The notes beneath the pieces were generated by a model. It searched no databases. It was not told the DNA's origin and saw only the letters and a list, made by a program, of their open reading frames with translations. Positions 57,289 through 64,000 of a DNA stretch of 64,000 bases are shown in pieces. A program made the position numbers and the translations under genes. Source of the DNA: an uncultured Clostridia bacterium (GTDB lineage Bacteria > Bacillota > Clostridia > Christensenellales > Borkfalkiaceae); assembly GCA_934249325.1 (NCBI GenBank), contig CAKQKW010000006.1, positions 3,491 through 67,490 on the forward strand. Reading direction: 5' to 3'. How positions within the stretch are numbered: the stretch's first letter is position 1; every line of letters starts with the position of its first letter.

Positions 57289-58467
57289 ATGGACGCGAAA
57301 GAATATAAGAAATCTAATAAGAGAAAAGCGCAAAAAAAGAGGTTTTCAAAAAATAAATATTACTACATATTTGTCGTTGCGATTATAATTATCGTCGTCG
57401 CCGTTTTGTTTATATCAAACGGATTCAGTTTCGACTTTTCGGATAAAAAAGATAAGAACAACGTAGGCGTAGAGACAAGCGTCGATAAGTTGCAGAATTT
57501 GACGATAAAATTTTTAGACGTAGGGCAGGGCGATTGTATATTTATTACCTTCCCCGACGGCAAGAATATGCTTATCGATGCGGGCGAGCATAAAGAAAAT
57601 CGGGACGTAATCGATAAATATCTGACAAATGGCGGCAAGAAAGTAACTTTAGATTATTGCGTTGCAACTCACCCCGACTCCGACCACATAGACAATATGC
57701 CTTACGTTTACGAACAATACGACGTTTTAAGATCTTATCGTCCCTATCTGAAATCGACTTCGGACAGAGTTTCGAGTCTTACGGAAGAATTTAACAAGGG
57801 CGTTATAATAGACAAAAAAAGCGAAACGAAAATCTACGCCGATTATCTCAACTCGGTATACAACGAGAAGTGCGAGTGGGAATTTTTCTGCGATAGTTCG
57901 GACTTTACAAACAGCGTTAAGGTCAAGGACGGCGGCGAATATAAATATACGGTTGACTTTATGATGCCGTATATCGAAGAGTTAAACAGTTTCAACGATT
58001 TAAGACAGGCGAACAATTTATCCGCTATTATAATGATTGAATACGGCGGTAAGAAAGTTCTGCTTACGGGCGACGCTGAAAAGAAAGTCGAGAAATTGTT
58101 CGTTGAAAAAGCGGACGCTAAACTTGCCGATTGCGACGTGTTGAAGTTAGGACATCACGGCAGTAAAACTTCGTCTACGATTGATTTTCTTAATTTTGTT
58201 AAGCCCGAAAACGTAGTTATTTCGTGCGGCGTGTCGAATAAACATCATCACCCGAACAAAGAAACGATAGATAACGTCATAAGTTGTAAGTCGGATGTTT
58301 ACAGGACTGACATTCAGGGAACTATAACGATAACTATCGATTCAAGCGGAAATATCGTTTTCAATAAAGAGTACGACGATTTCGACGATAAAATGCTTTT
58401 CTTTGACGGCGACGAGATAAAGTTGCAGGCGGAGAAAATCAACAAAGTTAAACAAAAGGCTGCGTAA
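57289..58467 (+). CDS. ComEC/Rec2-related metallo-beta-lactamase-fold protein (MBL domain only, N-terminal TM anchor)
   Basis: 'FLDVGQGDCIFI..PDGK.MLIDAG', 'THPDSDHI' and 'LKLGHHGSKTS' are present. Confidence 0.75.
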   Translation: MDAKEYKKSNKRKAQKKRFSKNKYYYIFVVAIIIIVVAVLFISNGFSFDFSDKKDKNNVGVETSVDKLQNLTIKFLDVGQGDCIFITFPDGKNMLIDAGEHKENRDVIDKYLTNGGKKVTLDYCVATHPDSDHIDNMPYVYEQYDVLRSYRPYLKSTSDRVSSLTEEFNKGVIIDKKSETKIYADYLNSVYNEKCEWEFFCDSSDFTNSVKVKDGGEYKYTVDFMMPYIEELNSFNDLRQANNLSAIIMIEYGGKKVLLTGDAEKKVEKLFVEKADAKLADCDVLKLGHHGSKTSSTIDFLNFVKPENVVISCGVSNKHHHPNKETIDNVISCKSDVYRTDIQGTITITIDSSGNIVFNKEYDDFDDKMLFFDGDEIKLQAEKINKVKQKAA

Positions 58468-58479
58468 AAATATAAACTA

Positions 58480-58515
58480 AAAGACTGTAACCGAGTGGGA
58501 GTTACAGTCTTTTTA
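58480..58515. terminator. Bidirectional rho-independent terminator between the MBL gene (+) and potD (-)
   Basis: A 13-bp stem 'aaaagactgtaac / gttacagtctttt' has flanking A and T tracts. Confidence 0.75.
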
Positions 58516-58611
58516 TCTTGTGCTTTGATTTAGTCTAAGGAATAAAATATCTTTTGCTTCTCCCCGAAGGAGGAGGCGAGCGGCAAAACGGTATTCAATT
58601 TGATAACAAAA

Positions 58612-60351
58612 TTAAATCCTTTCGCTTTTAATGAGTTTGCCGTAATATTTCGGCTTCCTCATAAACGTTACGCCGTGTTTTTTCAGTATCGCGTATACGA
58701 TAAAGAAAATTGCTATAACGCCTATAATAGACGGGATCAAAATCAACAGCCATACGGGAATATCTCCAACTTTAACGTCGCTCCACATCTTATTCAGATC
58801 TTTCAATTCGCCTTTCGACAGAGTAGTCATTATCGCGCATCTGTCAACCGTCGATTTTTCGGGATATTGCGTTGTAAGTTGTCTGCCGAGATTGTCGGTC
58901 GAAGTGTATACGATAACTTTTCCGTCCTCGGTCTTGTATTCGTCGGAAATATTAGTGAAGTAGTACGAATAATCTATGGGAACGTAGCCGAGTTCGTTCG
59001 CTTCTTCTTCGTCCGTGGTGAGTTCGTAGGTGTCGAGAAGTCTGTCGAAAACGTCGTCTCCCGCTATCGGGCTTACGTAACCTATATAGTCCATATTTGA
59101 AATGGCGCAGTCAGGCGAAGAAATAAAGTTTACGAACTTCTGAGCGAGTTCTTTGTTCGCCCCCTTAGGCATAACCCATGCGTCGAACCAAATATTACTG
59201 CCTTCCTTAGGAACAGAGTAGTAAAGAGTCGCTCCTTCCATTTCGTCCGCCGTGTCAAGCGTGTACGCGGCGTCTCCCGACCATGCGAAGTTTATCGCGA
59301 TTTTGCCCGAAGCCATATCCTTTTTACCGCTGTCTACCTCGAATCCGAAAACGTTGTGTTTGAGGACTTTAAGAGTTTCACTCACTTTATCAACCGTCTT
59401 TTTATCGGAATCGGGGAATAATTTGCATACTTCCGAATACTTGTCGGGAGAAAGTTCCTTTATTTCCGCAAACTCTTCCGAAAATTTGGTATTTACGTTG
59501 TTAAATACTTTTATCAAAACCGATTGATATTCGCTTTGCGTGAGTTTTCCGCTTTCCCACATTTGACGAAGTTTTATAAGTTGTTCGCTGTACACGTTTC
59601 CTACCGCCAACGCGTATGTGTCTCTAATACTGTCTTTGATTGTTCCGAGGTTTTTGTAATACGCCTCCCACGGAAGATGCCAAGTGTTCGCTTCCAACGC
59701 TTCTTCGAGTTCTACGCCGTTCATAGAGGAAATATCTATGTTTTTGTCGGCGTTTACTTCGAGGAGTTTTTCGGGGTTATATACGAAACCCATAGTGCCC
59801 CACATATAGCAGACTGCGTATTCCGACCACTTTTTTGTCTCTTTCGTAACGTAGTCTTGTTCGTTTTTGGAGTTGAAAAGGTCTTTAATAAAGCCCGAAG
59901 CGTATTCGTTGAAGTTGTCTATTTTGTCGTAAATCACGTCGCCGTTATTGTCGAAATCTACGTCGTAAGTTTCAAGCATATCTTCGTTTATCATTCTCTG
60001 AATCATATAATCGGAAGGACAAACGAGGTCGTAGGCGTAGGTGTATTTGCCGTCTTTACCCTTTTTCTTCGTGAGTTGCAACTCGTTGTACATATTTTCG
60101 AGCGTTCCGAAAGTGGAGTAGTTGACCTTTACGTTCAATCCCTCTTTTTTCATTTTTTCCTCGAACGCTTCGATAATATCGAAGGTTTCCCATTCGCTGT
60201 TGTATTCCGAGATATACTCTTCGGCGTTGAATATATTAAGTTCGATTACTTTGTTGTCGTTCGCTTTTGCCGCGCCTCCGCAAACAAATACGGAACACGG
60301 AACAATAAAAACAAAAAGTAAGGCTATAAGTCGTTTAACGCGCTTTTTCAT
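58612..60351 (-). CDS. potD: Spermidine/putrescine-type ABC substrate-binding lipoprotein, unusually long, with a C-terminal TM helix
   Basis: The signal peptide carries a lipobox-like 'VFVCGG'. PotD/PotF-like blocks are present ('LNIFNAEEYI', 'VCPSDYM', 'INFAWSGDA', 'IWFDAWVMPKGA'). The C-terminal 'IPVWLLILIPSIIGVIAIFFIVYAIL' is hydrophobic. Confidence 0.75.
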   Translation of the reverse strand: MKKRVKRLIALLFVFIVPCSVFVCGGAAKANDNKVIELNIFNAEEYISEYNSEWETFDIIEAFEEKMKKEGLNVKVNYSTFGTLENMYNELQLTKKKGKDGKYTYAYDLVCPSDYMIQRMINEDMLETYDVDFDNNGDVIYDKIDNFNEYASGFIKDLFNSKNEQDYVTKETKKWSEYAVCYMWGTMGFVYNPEKLLEVNADKNIDISSMNGVELEEALEANTWHLPWEAYYKNLGTIKDSIRDTYALAVGNVYSEQLIKLRQMWESGKLTQSEYQSVLIKVFNNVNTKFSEEFAEIKELSPDKYSEVCKLFPDSDKKTVDKVSETLKVLKHNVFGFEVDSGKKDMASGKIAINFAWSGDAAYTLDTADEMEGATLYYSVPKEGSNIWFDAWVMPKGANKELAQKFVNFISSPDCAISNMDYIGYVSPIAGDDVFDRLLDTYELTTDEEEANELGYVPIDYSYYFTNISDEYKTEDGKVIVYTSTDNLGRQLTTQYPEKSTVDRCAIMTTLSKGELKDLNKMWSDVKVGDIPVWLLILIPSIIGVIAIFFIVYAILKKHGVTFMRKPKYYGKLIKSERI

Positions 60352-61141
60352 TCTTTTTATGCCTCCTTGAAGCAGATACGTTCTGAATTACGAGTATCAA
60401 AATCATAAGAACGAATATCAGAGTAGACAACGCTCTTAAAGCAGGTACCGAAGAGCCTTTTCCGCCTTTCGCGTAAGCGTCGAAAACGTAAGTCGAAATC
60501 GTATCGAACGTCGGCGGACGGGTAAACGTTGTGATTATATAGTCGTCGAGAGATAATGTAACGGCGAGCATAAAACCGCTGAATATACCGGGAAGTATCT
60601 CGGGAAGTATGACCTTGAACAACGCTTTCGTCGGGCTTGCTCCGAGATCCAACGCCGCTTCGTATAAGTTGCCGTCGAGTTGTTTGAGTTTCGGTATAAC
60701 CGAAAGGTAAACGAACGGGAAGCAGAGAACTATATGTCCGATCAGAAGCGAAGCGTAAGTTCTGCCGAACGCGAACATAGAGCATACAAGCGCGATGGAA
60801 ATCGCCGTGACTATTTCCGCGTTAATTACGGGTATCTGAGTTAAAGCGTTTAACGCGCCCTTGACTTTTCTTTTCGAGTAAAAGGTTCCTATCGCGCCGA
60901 TTGTGCCGAGAATGGTCGAACATACCGAAGCGAGCAGGGCGAGAACTACGGTGTTTAAAACGGTCTGCATTATCGACTTGTCGGTAAAGAGTTGTTTGTA
61001 AAGTCCGAATCCCCATTTTTTCGACCATATTCCTATGGACGGAGAGAGGTTGAACGAATATACCGTAAGGAGAATAATCGGAGCGTAGATAAACGCTAAC
61101 GCAAGTACGATATACGCTATTTTTATTATCTTTTTTACCAT
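60335..61141 (-). CDS. potC: ABC transporter permease (PotC-like)
   Basis: It has 6 TM helices and the EAA-type motif 'EAALDLGASP...F.KV.LP'. Confidence 0.85.
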   Translation of the reverse strand: MVKKIIKIAYIVLALAFIYAPIILLTVYSFNLSPSIGIWSKKWGFGLYKQLFTDKSIMQTVLNTVVLALLASVCSTILGTIGAIGTFYSKRKVKGALNALTQIPVINAEIVTAISIALVCSMFAFGRTYASLLIGHIVLCFPFVYLSVIPKLKQLDGNLYEAALDLGASPTKALFKVILPEILPGIFSGFMLAVTLSLDDYIITTFTRPPTFDTISTYVFDAYAKGGKGSSVPALRALSTLIFVLMILILVIQNVSASRRHKKNEKAR

Positions 61142-61974
61142 AATCCGCCTCCTCTCGTGTTGACTTCTTCGTCGGAAAATTTACGCGTTATAAGCATTGT
61201 TATGAATATCAGCACAAGGAGTATCATGGCGATAGCCGAACCCGCGTGCCAGTCGAACATAGTCGAGAACTGATCTTCGATTAGTTTACCGATAATCGTT
61301 ACGTTGCCGTTGCCCAAGGTATCCGATACGACGTAACTCGTAGTCGTCGGTAAAAGTACCATTGTAATCGCCGAAACGATACCGGGCGCGGAAAGGGGAA
61401 CAACGACTTTGAAAAAGGTCTGAACGCTGCTTGCTCCCAAGTCCTGCGACGCTTCGAGAAGGTTTTTATCCAACTTTATAAGCACGGTATACAAAGGGAG
61501 GATGGTGAACGGAAGATAGTCGTAAACCATACCTATAACCGTGTTTACCATGCTGAGTTTGCTCGACTTATATAAGCCGATTTTAAAGAGCAATTCTTTC
61601 ATGGCCGCAGTTCTTAAAACGAAGTTTATCCACATGGGGAGAATAAAGAGCATAAGAACTACGTTTTTCCATTTCATTTTCGAACGCGCGAGAATGTACG
61701 CAACGGGGTACGCCACTAAAAGGCATATCACGGTTGTTATTATCGCCAAGCCGAAACTGACGTAAATCGCGCGGATATTAGCCGAACTTCCGAAGAAATA
61801 AACGAAGTTTTCAAACGAAAACGAGAAGTACGCTATATCGTTTGTCGTAGGTTCGTGAGTTTCGACGGTGAATGCGTATAAAACGATTAACAAAAGCGGA
61901 AGGACCACGAAAAACAACATAAATACGCCGTAGGGTATTCCGAGTTGTTTTCTCGAAAATTTAAGCGTTTTCAT
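61135..61974 (-). CDS. potB: ABC transporter permease (PotB-like)
   Basis: It is polytopic and has the EAA-type motif 'EASQDLGASSVQTFFKVV.P'. Confidence 0.85.
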   Translation of the reverse strand: MKTLKFSRKQLGIPYGVFMLFFVVLPLLLIVLYAFTVETHEPTTNDIAYFSFSFENFVYFFGSSANIRAIYVSFGLAIITTVICLLVAYPVAYILARSKMKWKNVVLMLFILPMWINFVLRTAAMKELLFKIGLYKSSKLSMVNTVIGMVYDYLPFTILPLYTVLIKLDKNLLEASQDLGASSVQTFFKVVVPLSAPGIVSAITMVLLPTTTSYVVSDTLGNGNVTIIGKLIEDQFSTMFDWHAGSAIAMILLVLIFITMLITRKFSDEEVNTRGGGLW

Positions 61975-61975
61975 T

Positions 61976-63478
61976 TTATTTATTTACCGCCTTTAATTTT
62001 AATTTAATCTTATCTTTCGGGATTTTTACCGAAACTCTGTCGTTTTCGTTCCAGGTGTACTCGGTGTCGACGACGAAATCTTCTTCCTCTTTATCCGTCC
62101 TGATTATTACCTGATAGTGGTCGCCTTTGTAAACGATTTGAATTATCGTTCCGGCAGCCTCTCCGTCCTCGTCGTTATCGATTATTTCTATGTCTTTAAG
62201 TCCGACTTCGACGGTTACGTCGGTGTCCGTAAGGTCGATTTTTTCGCCGTCGGCGGTAATGAGGTATCCTTCTTCGTCAAGCGTAGAGTTTTCGTAGAGT
62301 TGAGTTACGTCGCACTCGAACTCGCCGTCCGCGAAGCATACGGTGTTCTTTTTGGTGATATATCCGTCGTATCGGTTGCAATCGAACTCTTTCGCCATTA
62401 TGTGAATGTCGTCGGGACGTATAATTACCGAACATTTTTCGCCGACTTTTCTTTCAATGGTGTCCTGAACGACGATTTCCGTTTTTCCGACCATAAAAAC
62501 CATTTCGTAATGAACGCCTTTGAATATGGAAGAAGTAATGACGCCGTTTACTTGTCCTTTGTTTTCGTCAACGAGAAAAACGTCCTCGGGACGAACCACG
62601 ACGTCCACTTTTTCGTTCTTCGGGAAGTCGTCCACGCAGTCGAAAACTTTGTTGATGAAACGTACTTTTTTCTCGCCGACCATAGTTCCCGAGAAGATAT
62701 TGCTTTCGCCTATGAAGTCTGCGACGAACGCGTTTTTCGGCTCGTTATAAATGTCTTTCGGCGTGCCGATTTGCTGAATCTGACCGTCTTTCATAACGAC
62801 TATCGTGTCGCTCATGGTAAGAGCCTCTTCCTGATCGTGCGTAACGTATATAAACGTAATGCCGAGTTTGTCGTGCATCGCTTTAAGTTCGAGTTGCATG
62901 TCTTTACGCATTTTAAGGTCGAGCGCGCCGAGCGGTTCGTCGAGAAGAAGTATTTCGGGTTCGTTTACGATAGCCCTCGCGATAGCGATACGCTGTTGCT
63001 GACCGCCCGAAAGAGTAGTGACGTCTCTCTTTTCAAACTCTTCGAGGTCTACGAGTTTCAATACTTTCGAAACCTTTGCGTCGATTTCCGCTTTTGACAT
63101 TTTCTGAATTTTCGTAACGGTTTTTCCGTCCGGAGTTTCATAGGTGTTTCTGAACTTTTTCAGTTTAAGTCCGAACGCGATATTGTCGTAAACGTTTAAA
63201 TGCGGGAAAAGAGCGTAACGCTGAAAGACTGTGTTTATAGGTCTTTCGTAAGGCGGTAGATTGGTTATATCTTTACCGTTCAAGAGAATCTGTCCTTTTG
63301 TCGGCATCTCGAAGCCCGCAATCATTCTGAGCGTCGTCGATTTTCCGCAGCCGGACGGACCTAAAAGGGTAATGAATTCGCCTTTTCTTACGTAGAGGTT
63401 CATATTCTCCACAGCCTGCTCGCCGTCGAATATCTTTTCGACGCCGATGAGTTCGATGATTTTTTCTTCCTTTTCCAT
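61976..63478 (-). CDS. potA: ABC transporter ATP-binding protein (PotA-like), extended C-terminus
   Basis: The Walker A 'GPSGCGKST', signature 'LSGGQQQR' and Walker B 'LLLDEP' are present. The product is 500 aa with two successive TOBE-like beta-rich segments. Confidence 0.9.
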   Translation of the reverse strand: MEKEEKIIELIGVEKIFDGEQAVENMNLYVRKGEFITLLGPSGCGKSTTLRMIAGFEMPTKGQILLNGKDITNLPPYERPINTVFQRYALFPHLNVYDNIAFGLKLKKFRNTYETPDGKTVTKIQKMSKAEIDAKVSKVLKLVDLEEFEKRDVTTLSGGQQQRIAIARAIVNEPEILLLDEPLGALDLKMRKDMQLELKAMHDKLGITFIYVTHDQEEALTMSDTIVVMKDGQIQQIGTPKDIYNEPKNAFVADFIGESNIFSGTMVGEKKVRFINKVFDCVDDFPKNEKVDVVVRPEDVFLVDENKGQVNGVITSSIFKGVHYEMVFMVGKTEIVVQDTIERKVGEKCSVIIRPDDIHIMAKEFDCNRYDGYITKKNTVCFADGEFECDVTQLYENSTLDEEGYLITADGEKIDLTDTDVTVEVGLKDIEIIDNDEDGEAAGTIIQIVYKGDHYQVIIRTDKEEEDFVVDTEYTWNENDRVSVKIPKDKIKLKLKAVNK

Positions 63479-63491
63479 AGTCTGTCTCCGT

Positions 63492-64000
63492 TTAAAAAGT
63501 CGGCGGCGTGGCTACCCAAATAAATTTAGCCACCCTGTCCGTATTGTTTTCTATATAATGTTCTTTAGAGGCGGAGTAGTAAAAACTTTCGCCTTTATTA
63601 GCCTTGTATTTTTTCGCGCCCAAGTGAATTATAACCGTTCCGCTTAAAACGAATCCGAATTCCTCGCCCTCGTGCGGAACGTCGGGTTCGGTGCTTTTTT
63701 TCGGCATAAGTTCGACGAAAACAGGTTCCATTTCGTTTTTTTGCGAGTTGGGTACGAGCCAGTTGAGAGTGTACTGCGGCGTCTCCTTTTCGATAAATTC
63801 CTGTTCTTTAAAGACTATTTTTTCTTCGACTTCGTCGCCGAAAAAGTCTTTAAGGTTAGTCCCGAGAGCGGACAGAATGTCGCAAAGAGTCGCAATCGAC
63901 GGGCTTGTCAACTCGTTTTCGAGTTGGCTTATATAGCCTTTCGTAAGTTCGCATCTGTTCGCGAGTTCTTCCTGCGTCAAATCGCATTGCAATCGAAGTT
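63492..64000 (-). CDS. XRE-family HTH regulator with a C-terminal cupin domain (PuuR-like); N-terminus runs off the window
   Basis: The HTH 'LTQEELANRCELTKGYISQLE' and the cupin 'HEGEEFGFVLSG' are present. The reading frame stays open to position 64000 upstream of the track Met. Confidence 0.8.
   Translation of the reverse strand, partial: LRLQCDLTQEELANRCELTKGYISQLENELTSPSIATLCDILSALGTNLKDFFGDEVEEKIVFKEQEFIEKETPQYTLNWLVPNSQKNEMEPVFVELMPKKSTEPDVPHEGEEFGFVLSGTVIIHLGAKKYKANKGESFYYSASKEHYIENNTDRVAKFIWVATPPTF

Noticed and set aside
58516-58611. A possible small RNA or second terminator ('cttctccccgaaggaggaggcgag') downstream of potD.
   Set aside because: The stem has several mismatches and the U-tract is poor. 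The strong bidirectional hairpin at 58480-58515 already explains termination. There is no independent promoter signal.

Overview
This is a 64-kb chromosomal window from a Gram-positive, Clostridia-like (Bacillota) genome. I infer the lineage from the glgC/glgD pair, DnaD-type plus DnaI-type helicase loaders, DegV and pgsA-cinA-recA synteny. No rRNA, tRNA or CRISPR array was seen. The window has two very different parts. (1) Positions 1 to ~7900 form an AT-rich accessory island. It holds the 3' end of hsdM, a complete hsdS, and four tightly packed co-directional genes: a TIR-like (Cap12/PycTIR-type) protein with an orphan N-terminal domain, a PIN-like (DUF4935-type) protein, a DUF3800-type protein, and a PD-(D/E)xK nuclease fused to a P-loop DUF2075/SF1-like ATPase. 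One strong terminator follows. An intact IS30-family element with 26-bp imperfect inverted repeats then sits on the composition boundary. No hsdR is present in the window. The four-gene cassette wired into the type I R-M operon is my best candidate for an undescribed anti-phage system, because I cannot match the gene combination to any named system. (2) Positions 7.9-64 kb are ordinary core genome, mostly on the + strand. Genes in order are tkt, proS, a CPBP protease, mnmE, a LysR regulator, the dnaD-like/dnaI loader operon, lepB, degV, pepF, dnaB helicase, tsaC/sua5, rpiB, galU and clpC. A long glycogen block follows (pgi-glgB-glgC-glgD-glgA-glgP-GH13), then tex, a stand-alone acpP, ftsK, rimO, pgsA-cinA-recA, sdaA, rlmI, a ComEC-like MBL protein and a potABCD-type operon with an XRE-cupin regulator. 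Secondary oddities are a lysine/alanine-rich, histone-H1-like N-terminal extension on glycogen synthase, an atypical PotD/PotA pair, and a palindromic repeat cluster in the 420-bp divergent promoter region at 18.7-19.1 kb. All family assignments come from motif recognition by eye. None has been checked by HMM or BLAST search.
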